Below, in pieces: positions 53,081-62,906 of a DNA stretch of 64,000 bases. Source of the stretch: an uncultured Chlamydiae bacterium (lineage in GTDB: Bacteria > Chlamydiota > Chlamydiia > Chlamydiales > Parachlamydiaceae); assembly GCA_963754655.1 (NCBI GenBank), contig CAVWGN010000001.1:2784001-2848000 (forward strand), written 5' to 3'. A model generated the notes under the pieces. It had not been told where the DNA came from. It made no database searches and saw nothing but the letters and a program-made list of their open reading frames with translations. Position 1 is the stretch's first letter, and the number at the start of each line of letters is the position of its first letter. The translations under genes and the position numbers were made by a program.

Positions 53081-54217
53081 ATGACCATGAGCAAAGTCCC
53101 CTATCGCGAATACCATCTTCTTGAGCTTTTAGAAAGTTATAGCCGACAAACACGCCCCCTTGATTTATTCATTAGCTATTATTTTCGCGATCATCCCGCC
53201 CTGGGATCCAAAGACCGCGCCTTTATTGCTGATACAATCTACGCTCTTGTGCGCTGGCAAGCCTTATTGGATTATTTAGCCCCTTCTTCCTCTTGGAAAG
53301 ATCGCTACCAGACTTATTTAAACGTCAATTTTGATCAATTGCAGCAACGAAACGATGTCCCTTTAGCGACCCGCGTCAGCTTTCCTCCCTTCCTATTCGA
53401 TCTCTTAGTCAAGAGTTATGGACTGGAAAAAGCACACGAACTCTGCTTAGTTTGCAATACACCTGCACCAACGACAGTTCGAGCTAACACGTTGAAAATC
53501 AGCCGCGATGATCTATTAAAGCGCTGGAAAGAGCTTTATGACGTCTCTTCAACTTCTTTTTCGCCTGATGGAATCATTTTTCACAAGAAAATGAATTTTT
53601 TTCAGTTAACTGAATTTAAGGAAGGATTATTTGAAGTCCAAGATGAAGGAAGTCAGTTGCTAGCACATTTAGTAAAAGTACAACCAGGCCAACAGATTCT
53701 CGATTATTGTGCAGGATCAGGTGGCAAAACCTTGGCCTTTGCCCCTGCTATGCAGGGAAAAGGGCAAATCTATCTCCATGACATTCGCTCCTTTGCATTG
53801 CAAGAAGCACGCAAAAGACTGCTTCGAGCAGGCATTCAAAATTATCAAATTCTTTTACCCGATAGTTCCCATCTCTCCAAGTTAAAAAAGAAAATGGACT
53901 GGATTTTAGTCGATGCTCCCTGTTCAGGAACAGGCACCTTACGGCGCAATCCTGACATGAAATGGAAATTTGATTCCAATATGCTTGCTCGTTTGCTGGG
54001 ACAACAGCGCATGATTTTTGAAAAAGCATTAAGTTTTCTCCAACCCAAAGGGCGCATCGTCTACGCAACTTGTAGCGTCTTAAAAGAAGAAAATCAATTA
54101 CAAGTCGATCATTTTCTATCGACTTATTCTCTCCAAATAGAAGGGGAGCTTTTTCAGACGCTTCCTACCTTAGGAGGCATGGATGGCTTTTTTGGAGTTG
54201 TTCTTAAAAGAGCATAG
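53081..54217 (+). CDS. RsmB/NOP2-family RNA m5C methyltransferase
   Basis: EVQDEGSQL, DYCAGSGGKT, LVDAPCSGTG..RRNP, YATCS. Confidence 0.92.
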   Translation: MTMSKVPYREYHLLELLESYSRQTRPLDLFISYYFRDHPALGSKDRAFIADTIYALVRWQALLDYLAPSSSWKDRYQTYLNVNFDQLQQRNDVPLATRVSFPPFLFDLLVKSYGLEKAHELCLVCNTPAPTTVRANTLKISRDDLLKRWKELYDVSSTSFSPDGIIFHKKMNFFQLTEFKEGLFEVQDEGSQLLAHLVKVQPGQQILDYCAGSGGKTLAFAPAMQGKGQIYLHDIRSFALQEARKRLLRAGIQNYQILLPDSSHLSKLKKKMDWILVDAPCSGTGTLRRNPDMKWKFDSNMLARLLGQQRMIFEKALSFLQPKGRIVYATCSVLKEENQLQVDHFLSTYSLQIEGELFQTLPTLGGMDGFFGVVLKRA

Positions 54218-54281
54218 GGCTATCATAGAAGAGTTCATCTCTTTTTTTATTAACAATTTTAATCGCTCAACTTGTTCTTTT

Positions 54282-55358
54282 ATGAAAAATCAATTTTTTA
54301 TTTGCCTAACACTCGCTTTAATGAGCTCATCAAACATACAAGCGCTTAACAATGAATCTCTTTTTAATCCTCGACAAGAAGAGTCTAAAATTTATATCAA
54401 TAATCGCATTTTAGCTCGTGTGAATGGCAAGCCTATTTCAACATACGATTTAATGAAAAAAATGGACTTAGCTTTTTTTCGTCAATATCCCCAATATGCC
54501 GGATCTATTGATGCACGCTTTCAATTCTATGAAATGAGTTGGAAGCCGGCGTTAGACGAAATGATTGATAAAGAGCTCATTTTAGCTGATGCCCAAGAAA
54601 GTAAAATTGAAGTCAGCAGTGGAGATGTCCGACAAGAAATTGAACTCTCTTTTGGTCCCAATATCATTGCCAATTTGGATAAAGCAGGCCTGAGTTATGA
54701 AGAAGCTTCTAAAATTATGCAAGAAGACATCATTATCCGCCGTCTACTTGCTGGACGAGTACATTCCAAAGCATTGCGTCAAGTCACACCTAGCAAAGTC
54801 CGCCAAACTTATGACACATTTATTCAAGACCCAGCAAATACTCGCTTGACTCAATGGTCTTATCGCATTGTGACGATCAAAGAACGCAATCTGCAAAAAA
54901 CGGAAGAAACAGCAAAGGCAGCTTATCAGCTTTTAATGCAAGGAGTCTCGCTAGATCAACTCTCTGCTCAGTTAAAAGACCGCAAAATCCTTGGCCGCAA
55001 AGGCAAAGTGACTGTTTCTAATGTCATCCAACATAATGACAAAGAGATTTCAAAAGACTATCGCGATATTTTGATCACTTTAGATAAAGGGATGTATAGC
55101 CAGCCCTTCGCTAATAAAAGCCGCAGCAGCAAGACGACCGTTTATCGCATTCTGTCGATTGAAGAGAAAAATCCGGGAGGCATTCCCTCTTATAAGGAAA
55201 TGGAAAGCATTTTGAAAGAAAAGCTATTGGATCAAGAAATTGATAAGGAAACAGACCTTTACCTTCAAAAATTGCGACAACATTATCATATTCGCCAAAA
55301 TGAGTTAGAATCTTTTTTACCGCCTGGTTATCAGCCATTTATATTTAAAAAGCAATAA
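54282..55358 (+). CDS. SurA-like periplasmic chaperone
   Basis: Signal peptide, NRILARVNG..I, L.EMID..LIL..A; directly upstream of rsmA. Confidence 0.7.
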   Translation: MKNQFFICLTLALMSSSNIQALNNESLFNPRQEESKIYINNRILARVNGKPISTYDLMKKMDLAFFRQYPQYAGSIDARFQFYEMSWKPALDEMIDKELILADAQESKIEVSSGDVRQEIELSFGPNIIANLDKAGLSYEEASKIMQEDIIIRRLLAGRVHSKALRQVTPSKVRQTYDTFIQDPANTRLTQWSYRIVTIKERNLQKTEETAKAAYQLLMQGVSLDQLSAQLKDRKILGRKGKVTVSNVIQHNDKEISKDYRDILITLDKGMYSQPFANKSRSSKTTVYRILSIEEKNPGGIPSYKEMESILKEKLLDQEIDKETDLYLQKLRQHYHIRQNELESFLPPGYQPFIFKKQ

Positions 55359-56215
55359 TGTCCATTTATAAACCGAGTGAATTACGTCTTTTTCTTGATC
55401 AATTAGGAATTTTTCCCAAAAAAAGGCTTTCTCAAAATTTTCTAATAGATGGAAATATCATTCGCAAAATTGTAGCAACAGCGGAAGTCCAATCTGAAGA
55501 TACGATTTTGGAGATTGGTCCAGGGCCTGGATCTTTGACTCAAGCGCTTCTGGAAACGGGAGCTCATGTGGTAGCGGTAGAAAAAGATGTGGTTTTGGCA
55601 CAAGCCTTGGAGCGTTTGCAAACTCCTGCTCAATCTCTGAGTCTCTTTTGCCATGACATCTTAACTTTTCCTTTAGAAAAGGAAATGGCTCGCTTGATGA
55701 AAGAAGGGCAAAAAGCCAAAGTCATTGCGAATCTTCCCTATCATTTGACAACGCCTATTCTTGCCCAATTAGTCCCTCTTCGGGGGTTATTTTCTTCTTT
55801 AACTGTCATGGTGCAAGAAGAAGTGGCAAGGCGTTTCACAGCGCAACCTGGCACAGCTGACTATAGTTCGTTTACTCTTTTTTTGCGTTTTTATACAACG
55901 CCTCATTATGCCTTTAGTGTTAGCCGCAATTGTTTTTATCCCATCCCTAAAGTCAATTCCGCGATTGTCATTCTTCAACTACGAGAGCCGCCGTTAAGCG
56001 GCGAGGATGTCACGACTTTTTTTCAGCTGACACGCACAGCTTTTGAACATCGTCGCAAAATGCTACGAGCGTCTCTTAAGCATTTATTTTCCTCGCAGAA
56101 AATTGAAGAGGCTTTAGAGAGCATTGGACAAAACCCACTCGCACGTCCTGAAACATTATCTTTAGAACAATTTCTACAATTGCATGCTCTTCTGTTAAAG
56201 GTGGACCCAACGTGA
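55358..56215 (+). CDS. rsmA: 16S rRNA m6,2A dimethyltransferase
   Basis: KK.LSQNFL.D, LEIGPG.G.LT, ANLPY, MVQ.EVA.R, F.P.PKV.SA. Confidence 0.96.
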   Translation: MSIYKPSELRLFLDQLGIFPKKRLSQNFLIDGNIIRKIVATAEVQSEDTILEIGPGPGSLTQALLETGAHVVAVEKDVVLAQALERLQTPAQSLSLFCHDILTFPLEKEMARLMKEGQKAKVIANLPYHLTTPILAQLVPLRGLFSSLTVMVQEEVARRFTAQPGTADYSSFTLFLRFYTTPHYAFSVSRNCFYPIPKVNSAIVILQLREPPLSGEDVTTFFQLTRTAFEHRRKMLRASLKHLFSSQKIEEALESIGQNPLARPETLSLEQFLQLHALLLKVDPT

Positions 56216-56288
56216 CAGAGCCTAGTACTCAACCACATTAGTTTTGCCTAGTGGGGCTGCTTCAAAGCCCGGGTTGGAAATAGCCCAG

Positions 56289-56437
56289 GGCCGGGACTTA
56301 ACAAAGAACTATTTTGGGCTTGATATTCATCGCGCCAATTTAACAACACGGCGCCTGTAATAGACTTTAGAGGCATATTTCCCGAAAATGGCGCGAAAAA
56401 CATCAAGCCCAAAACAGTTCTTTGTTAAGTCCCGGCC
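56289..56437. mobile_element. 149-bp MITE-like element with ~36-bp TIRs
   Basis: GGCCGGGACTTAACAAAGAACTATTTTGGGCTTGAT ... ATCAAGCCCAAAACAGTTCTTTGTTAAGTCCCGGCC. Confidence 0.8.
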
Positions 56438-56572
56438 ATAGGCTAGGAACGAAATGCTTCTAGCAAACTCCAGAAGCTAAATTTGTCGCTCAAGCGGCTT
56501 TAGCCGCGCATGGATAGTAGTCGTGGGTGTAGACGCAAGCCGAAACCCACGGTGTATGGTAAAAAAAATGAA

Positions 56573-57896
56573 GATTGTGTAAAAAATTATGTGCAAAAAA
56601 AGGTCATGGTAAGATGATCTCTTATTAACTACAAAAAGAGGTATACCATGACCAAAAAGTATTCTATTGAGAAAAACAAATTATCTAAAGAAGTTATTGA
56701 ACAAGATGTTGATTTAATGAAGTCTCTTATGAAAACTGCTCTCGAAAATTTTTTAGAAGCCGAAATGATCGAGACTTTGGAAGCAAATAAGAGTGAAAGA
56801 TCCAAAGAAAGAAAAGGCTATAGAGCAGGTTATTATACAAGGCACTTAGTGACGCGAATAGGCAATATAGAGCTAAAAGTACCAAGAGACAGAGAGGGAA
56901 TGTTTTCTACCGAGCTTTTTGAACGATATGAAAGATCGGAAAAAGCATTAGTATCAGCTCTAGCAGAAATGTATGTCCAAGGAGTATCAACCAGGAAAGT
57001 GAAGGCAATCACAGAAGAACTTTGCGGACATGAATTTTCAGCGACGACAATAAGCAACATCAATAAGAGCTTGGACGAGGACTTAAAGCAGTTTGCAAAT
57101 AGAAAATTGACAGAAGTTTATCCTTATCTAATTGTAGATGCTCGTTATGAGAAAGTTAGAGAAAATGGGATAGTAAAATCGCAGGCTATATTAATTGCAG
57201 TAGGTGTGAATGGAGAAGGTTACAGGCAAGTATTAGCAGTGGAAATTGCAAATCGAGAATCTCACAATAGTTGGAAAGATTTTCTATTGAGATTGAAAGA
57301 AAGAGGATTAATAGGAGTTGAGTTGATTATTAGTGATGAGCATGCAGGGCTTAGGAAAGCGATAATGGAAGTATTTTATCAAATCCCTTGGCAAAGATGT
57401 TATGTTCATTTCTTAAGAAATGCAATTGATTATTTACCAAGAAAAGCAAACGACGATTGCTTACAAGAATTGCGATGGATCTATGATAGAAAGGATATTA
57501 AAGAAGCCAAAACAGATTTGAATATGTGGCTAGAGAAGTGGATGATGAAGTATCCAAAGTTATGTACATGGGTGGAGGAAAATATTTTTGAGACATTAAC
57601 GTTTTACCAGTTTCCAAAACAACATCATAAGCATTTAAAAAGTTCGAACTTACTCGAGAGAGTAAATGAAGAAATTAAGAGAAGAACACACGTTATTAGA
57701 ATTTTTCCAAATGAAGAGAGTTGCTTAAGATTGATATTAGCAATTGCAGTTGAGGTTCATGAGGGATGGGTAGATAAAAGATATTTAAATATGGATCTAT
57801 TAAAAGAGCAAAAGAAACAAGAACAACTGAGCGTTGAAAAAATAGCTTAACCTAATGAGATCTCTTACCAATTTGCACATAATACTTGACACAACT
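56573..57896 (+). mobile_element. IS256-family insertion sequence (1324 bp), copy 2
   Basis: Same TIRs as copy 1; 8-bp TSD AAAATGAA (56565-56572, 57897-57904). Confidence 0.95.
56648..57850 (+). CDS. IS256-family transposase
   Basis: Translation identical to 19899-21101. Confidence 0.95.
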   Translation: MTKKYSIEKNKLSKEVIEQDVDLMKSLMKTALENFLEAEMIETLEANKSERSKERKGYRAGYYTRHLVTRIGNIELKVPRDREGMFSTELFERYERSEKALVSALAEMYVQGVSTRKVKAITEELCGHEFSATTISNINKSLDEDLKQFANRKLTEVYPYLIVDARYEKVRENGIVKSQAILIAVGVNGEGYRQVLAVEIANRESHNSWKDFLLRLKERGLIGVELIISDEHAGLRKAIMEVFYQIPWQRCYVHFLRNAIDYLPRKANDDCLQELRWIYDRKDIKEAKTDLNMWLEKWMMKYPKLCTWVEENIFETLTFYQFPKQHHKHLKSSNLLERVNEEIKRRTHVIRIFPNEESCLRLILAIAVEVHEGWVDKRYLNMDLLKEQKKQEQLSVEKIA

Positions 57897-58449
57897 AAAA
57901 TGAAGCCACGTTAGTGGCGTAGGAAATGTGATGGTGGAGCAATGTTTATTTAAACGAATGCTACGCCACTAACGGGGCTCAAATTTGTTTTGAGGGTAAC
58001 CGTGGGTTTCGGCTTGCGCCTACACCCACGGCTAATATCCATACGCGGCTAACACCGCTCGTCGCTGAGGGAAAGGATATGGATCAAGCAACATTGAAAA
58101 AACAAAGATAAAAATTCCGATTACCTAGCCATATGACGGGACTTAACAGAGAACTGTTTTGGGCTTGATGTTTTTCGCGTCATTTTCGGGAAATATGCCT
58201 CTAAAGTCTATTACAGGAGTGGTGTTGTTAAATTGATGCGACGAATATCAAGTCCAAAAATAGTTCTTTGTTGAAGCAGCCCCACTAGGCAAAAACTCAT
58301 GTGGTTGAGTACTAGGGCGCAGCGGCGCGGCGACTGAATCGTTGCTTTAAGCCTACGCTCATCTCTTAAATTAACGCATAAGGATTTAAAACCATCCCAA
58401 TAGGCCAAAACTAATGTGCCAGAGTACCAGCTATCACTGTTGAAAAGAA

Positions 58450-59739
58450 TTAATGCGCTTTGAATCTTCGCCAAATAAATCCTAAAACTGCAATTCCAAT
58501 TAATCCTCCCGCAAAAATGAATAGCCAAGGAAGATAGGATAGAGCAGTTAGCCAATTATAAGGCCAAGCAAATTTGACCTCTTGAGCGGCCAAAAGAGGC
58601 ATTTCTTGTAAGACTTGCCCCTTGGCTGACACAAGGCGCAAATCTGCCACTGGCTGATCTTTTAAAATAGGAAGCGATAATGGCTGCCGCCAATAGAGCA
58701 AGCATTTGACTCGAGGATCTTCGGCAGGATAATATTCTAAGATTAAGGGCTCTGTTAGATAAGTTTTAATAGGACCATTTGCTTTGGGTAATGTCATCTC
58801 AAAAGTCTGCGGCCCCCCTTTCAAAAAGATGCGCTGAACTTTGGGTTGATTAAAAGCAGACTCAAATAATTTGATGGCATCTTCAAAAATGGCATTGCGG
58901 TCTTGGTAGCCTAATAAAACTACAATTAGCGTTCTTCCCTCTGAGCGAGCAGCTCCCACAAAGTTTTTTTTAGCTTTAGCATGATAGCCTGTCTTAACTC
59001 CAATGGCCTTGGAATAATAAAATTTTCCTGGTCGAAGCAATCGATTGGTCTGTAAAAGAGTTGTTGCTGCTTGTTTATTGGTTTTAGGGCGCAAAAAACG
59101 GGGTTGTGAGACAATCTCACAAAAAAGGGGATGTTTCAAAGCTTCCTGCGTCATCAAAGCTAAATCATAAGCAGTCGATTGGTGTTGAGGATCATGTAAG
59201 CCATGAACATTGCAAAAATGGGTATGGTGACATCCAATTTCTTTTAGATAAGCATTCATTCCTTCAATAAAAACAGGAATGGTAGGTCCTAAATAGTGCG
59301 CAATTACATTAGCAGCATCATTTCCCGATGAAATTAGCATACCATATAATAACGTGCGTAAAGAAAGAATTTCCCCTTTTTTAAGTCCAATATGCGTTCC
59401 ATCAGGCTCTAGCCAATGAGCAGGCAAAGTATAATTAGCTTTACGCTTTGCCTCTTGAGTGAGAGTGACCAAACAATCATTTTCTGCCGTAATGGGCACG
59501 TCCCATTTTTCTTCCCCTATCTTTAAAGCATAGAGGGCCGTAGCAATCTTTGTTGTACTGGCAGGGAAATGGGGCATAAAAGCTTGATACTCAAACAAAA
59601 TATCTCCTGATTGAGCATTCATTAAGAGGGCTGCTTCCCCTTTAACTTCAAATTTTAGAGGTTCAGCTGCCAAGTAGACGCTAAGGAATAAATTAAGCCA
59701 TCCTAACTTAAAACCAAAATCCTTAATGTGAAATCGCAT
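58450..59739 (-). CDS. dac: D-alanyl-D-alanine carboxypeptidase (peptidase S11)
   Basis: PASTTK (SxxK), SGNDAA (SxN), GVKTGY (KTG), C-terminal TM. Confidence 0.92.
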   Translation of the reverse strand: MRFHIKDFGFKLGWLNLFLSVYLAAEPLKFEVKGEAALLMNAQSGDILFEYQAFMPHFPASTTKIATALYALKIGEEKWDVPITAENDCLVTLTQEAKRKANYTLPAHWLEPDGTHIGLKKGEILSLRTLLYGMLISSGNDAANVIAHYLGPTIPVFIEGMNAYLKEIGCHHTHFCNVHGLHDPQHQSTAYDLALMTQEALKHPLFCEIVSQPRFLRPKTNKQAATTLLQTNRLLRPGKFYYSKAIGVKTGYHAKAKKNFVGAARSEGRTLIVVLLGYQDRNAIFEDAIKLFESAFNQPKVQRIFLKGGPQTFEMTLPKANGPIKTYLTEPLILEYYPAEDPRVKCLLYWRQPLSLPILKDQPVADLRLVSAKGQVLQEMPLLAAQEVKFAWPYNWLTALSYLPWLFIFAGGLIGIAVLGFIWRRFKAH

Positions 59740-59933
59740 ATCTCGCCAAAATTTTTGCCTTTCTTCTATACCTGAAGTTATCTCTAATCTCAAGTTAAAA
59801 TTAGTAATAAAATAAATAAATATGACATAAAATTAAAACCATCCGATATGAAATAAAAATATAAATTAATTTAATTGAAATTGTTTAACAAATTAAGTTA
59901 AAATAGTAGTTAGATAGCTAAGAGAGGCTTTCT

Positions 59934-60368
59934 ATGTATAATTTGTCGATAATAGAAGAATGTTATAAGAAATTTATTAAAGGATTATATTCCTGGATTC
60001 CGGAAGGAATTTATTTTATTAATCTAGAACTTTTGCATCATTTTGATTTATTACACTTTCAACCGCGTGTTGAAAGTAAAGATCCGATTTTGACTCGTTA
60101 TTTCCAAGTTTTTGAGTCTCCTGAAAAAGTCACTTTACTGAACGACGAATTTGTGATTTGGATCATGCCGGAAAAAGTCGATCGCACTTCTTTAACCTAC
60201 ATCTTAATTGCCTTAAACCGGGAAAATCAAGAGCCTCAATTAGAAGTCGCTTTTATTGCCTCAGGAGTTTATAATTCTTCTAAACTTGTTTTAAAAGTTT
60301 TAGAAAGGTTCTTAGTGGAAATTCAAGAAACAGAAATGATTCTTTCTAAATATCAAGATAGTGCTTAA
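59934..60368 (+). CDS. Conserved chlamydial hypothetical protein (CT550-like by position)
   Basis: Divergent from dac and convergent with rsbW, as in Chlamydia; ASGVYN.SKLVL.VLE motif. Confidence 0.65.
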   Translation: MYNLSIIEECYKKFIKGLYSWIPEGIYFINLELLHHFDLLHFQPRVESKDPILTRYFQVFESPEKVTLLNDEFVIWIMPEKVDRTSLTYILIALNRENQEPQLEVAFIASGVYNSSKLVLKVLERFLVEIQETEMILSKYQDSA

Positions 60369-60385
60369 GAATCTAGGGTAAACTT

Positions 60386-60865
60386 TTAGACGTCCAAGTA
60401 TTTGATCAAAGACAGCATATTCCCACCCTCAAAACGTTGATATTCTACCTTATCCATCAATCCTATTAAAATATAAATTCCATATCCTCCTAAAGAATTT
60501 TCTGATTTCCCGAGAATAGTAGAAACGGAAGGAGGTGGATTGGGAACACTTTCTATGGGGTTAAAAGGAATTCCTTGATCTTTGATGATGATTTTGATTC
60601 CAATTTTAGGAGTAGAATGTTTACAGGTAATTTCAATTGTTCCCTTACTTTTAGGATAGCCATAATTAATGATATTAACTAGAGCCTCTTCAGCAGCAAG
60701 AGTGAGTTGATCTAAAGCATCTGAGGGAACATGGTGAGATTTTCCATACTCTTTAATAAACTCAAGCATATCATAGAGACGCTCGAGTTCGGCTGGGAAG
60801 ACTTTATGATACATAGTTGTCAGTCCTTCCAATAAGGAGAACATTAGCAAAATACTCAAAATCAA
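60386..60865 (-). CDS. rsbW: Anti-sigma factor kinase RsbW
   Basis: LA.EEALVNII.Y.Y, I.DQG.PFNP, GG.GIY.L..LMD.V.Y. Confidence 0.88.
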   Translation of the reverse strand: MILSILLMFSLLEGLTTMYHKVFPAELERLYDMLEFIKEYGKSHHVPSDALDQLTLAAEEALVNIINYGYPKSKGTIEITCKHSTPKIGIKIIIKDQGIPFNPIESVPNPPPSVSTILGKSENSLGGYGIYILIGLMDKVEYQRFEGGNMLSLIKYLDV

Positions 60866-60868
60866 TCC

Positions 60869-61438
60869 CTACCAGCTATTAATCACATAATCCACAATCT
60901 GCTCTGCAAGATATCGATTGAGTGGATGCATAACAGCATCGCGTGCAGCATCGATATCGTTTAATTGACCCAAAGAAAAAATATTCATTTTATCGCGCGT
61001 TGTATAATAAGTGTGGTCAAAATCTGTACTAGCGGTAATTTGTGTGGGTCCCCTCACTATTTGGCCTGTTCCACTCTCAATAAGAAGAACTTCAGAGATG
61101 GCGGTGACACGTGTTTCCGTTGGAATAATCGATTTCTTTAATCGACCCGTTTTTTTGCGATCATAGCGAAAATCAATATTTTCTTCACGAAATTCAACAA
61201 GTTTAATTTTTAGAATGAGATCGCCTCCACAACTTACGTAGCGAAAAGCGCCGGAAGTACTGAGCTTTTTAATGACGTCTGTTGTCAATTCCCCTTTTTG
61301 GTCACCCTCGGCATAGGGAACTGAAATCGTTGCATAACGCTGTGATAATTCTCCTCGCCCAAATTGGTATTGACAACCAAATAAGAAATATCCCACTACT
61401 ACTACAAGTAATAACCCTTTAATCTTGGCAAGGAACAT
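60869..61438 (-). CDS. lptE: LptE-like lipoprotein
   Basis: Lipobox LFGC, then .Y.F; C-terminal LAEQIVD helix; downstream of bamD. Confidence 0.6.
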   Translation of the reverse strand: MFLAKIKGLLLVVVVGYFLFGCQYQFGRGELSQRYATISVPYAEGDQKGELTTDVIKKLSTSGAFRYVSCGGDLILKIKLVEFREENIDFRYDRKKTGRLKKSIIPTETRVTAISEVLLIESGTGQIVRGPTQITASTDFDHTYYTTRDKMNIFSLGQLNDIDAARDAVMHPLNRYLAEQIVDYVINSW

Positions 61439-62708
61439 ACTGGTCTCGGTGCTTAATGGCGCTATAATGCCACAGTCCAAGAGGTTGCTCCTCCTGCTGG
61501 TTAATATTTTCTGGATAAGGCATTTCTCCTTCTATTCCTTCACATATCTGCGATGGCTCGCAAGAACATTGCGCTATTTCCCTTTTCTTTGTTAGGCTAT
61601 AATGCACATATTCCTGCACTTGAGGTGGTGGCAGAGAAACTTCAGAACAAAAAGGAATATCGCTATATGAAGGAGCTTCTGCACTAACTGGGATTTCTTT
61701 TTCTTCCTCACACATTGCAGGGGGCGCAACTTCATCCAAACAGGAAACTGACTCTTCTTCAACATACCCTAAAGAAATAAGACGTGAACGACAAAATTTC
61801 GCCACTCGTGTATCTGGAAATTCTTCAATTGAACTTTGGAAATAAATGGCTGCAGCATCAGGTTGCCCTGTGCGCTCATAGAACAATCCTAGATCGCACA
61901 ATCCTTTTGCATACATTTCTTTAATGCACCAGACAGCCTCTTCGGCAATCGTCACTCGTTCATCACGGGGAAAATCATCTCTAAATTTACGGACATTAAG
62001 TTCTGCCAAAGCTAAAATATCAGGATTTTGAAATTCTAATCGACTTTGCTGGACATAGGCATCCGCAATATTGAGATAACAAATTGGAACAATATCATTT
62101 TTAGGAAATCGGCGAATCATTATTTGATAAGTTTCTATGCAATTTCGATATTCCCCCATTTTTTTGAGCAAATCAGCTTTAGAATAAAGAGCTTGAATGG
62201 CTAATTCATGGTTAGGCAGGGCAGCCACAACTTCATCATAGATGATAAGAGCTGAATCCTGAGCTGACACCCATTTGGGTAAATAACGCATTTTAAAGGG
62301 ACGTTTTTTCTTTCCCCCCTTAAAATGTTCAGCAATGCAAAATTTATAACGCACCGCATCCTCAAAAAAAGTTGGATGCTGAGAAGCTTTAAGATAATTT
62401 GAGAACTCTTCGTTAGCAAAATCATATTCTTTCATCTCAAAGTAACTCACAGCTAAGTAATAAGAGGCCTCGGCAGCCGCATCTGAATCAGGAAAATAAA
62501 AAATAACCTTTTCAAATTCGGAGGTAGCACCACGCCAATTTTCGCGATTATAATATTTACAGCCCAAATTATAGCGTTTTGTCAAATAACAATTGGCTTC
62601 CTCTTCTGATTTGAAATATTTTGATTTTGGCTTTAATGCATGCAATGAGGGTGAACACAAAGTCAAAGCAGTTAAGATACAAAGAGTTGAAATTAATCTT
62701 ATTTTCAT
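61419..62708 (-). CDS. bamD: BamD-like TPR outer-membrane assembly protein
   Basis: Signal peptide; TPRs with FEK....FP.S, F...FP....V..A, G.FYER......A.IYF....EFPDT. Confidence 0.75.
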   Translation of the reverse strand: MKIRLISTLCILTALTLCSPSLHALKPKSKYFKSEEEANCYLTKRYNLGCKYYNRENWRGATSEFEKVIFYFPDSDAAAEASYYLAVSYFEMKEYDFANEEFSNYLKASQHPTFFEDAVRYKFCIAEHFKGGKKKRPFKMRYLPKWVSAQDSALIIYDEVVAALPNHELAIQALYSKADLLKKMGEYRNCIETYQIMIRRFPKNDIVPICYLNIADAYVQQSRLEFQNPDILALAELNVRKFRDDFPRDERVTIAEEAVWCIKEMYAKGLCDLGLFYERTGQPDAAAIYFQSSIEEFPDTRVAKFCRSRLISLGYVEEESVSCLDEVAPPAMCEEEKEIPVSAEAPSYSDIPFCSEVSLPPPQVQEYVHYSLTKKREIAQCSCEPSQICEGIEGEMPYPENINQQEEQPLGLWHYSAIKHRDQYVPCQD

Positions 62709-62906
62709 AGGGAACTCTCAATAGTAAAGTGAAGGATACAAGAGTAAAGGATTCAAGGGAAAGGAAACAAGAAAAATAAATAGACAAATGAGGAATTTAT
62801 AAACAATTGAGCCAAGATGGTCGGTTTTTTTGCCGCCCATCCTGGCTCTAAATTTCATTTGGCTGTAGTCTTTCAATCACACCAAATAGACACCTCGCCT
62901 ATCATG

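Larger units (their letters stand above)
56221..58316. mobile_element. Nested composite element: outer inverted ends A/A', inverted MITE B/B', REPIN unit, IS256
   Basis: A CCTAGTACTCAACCAC (56221) / GTGGTTGAGTACTAGG (58316); B 56289-56437 and inverted B' ~58134-58272; REPIN unit 56436-58133. Confidence 0.85.
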
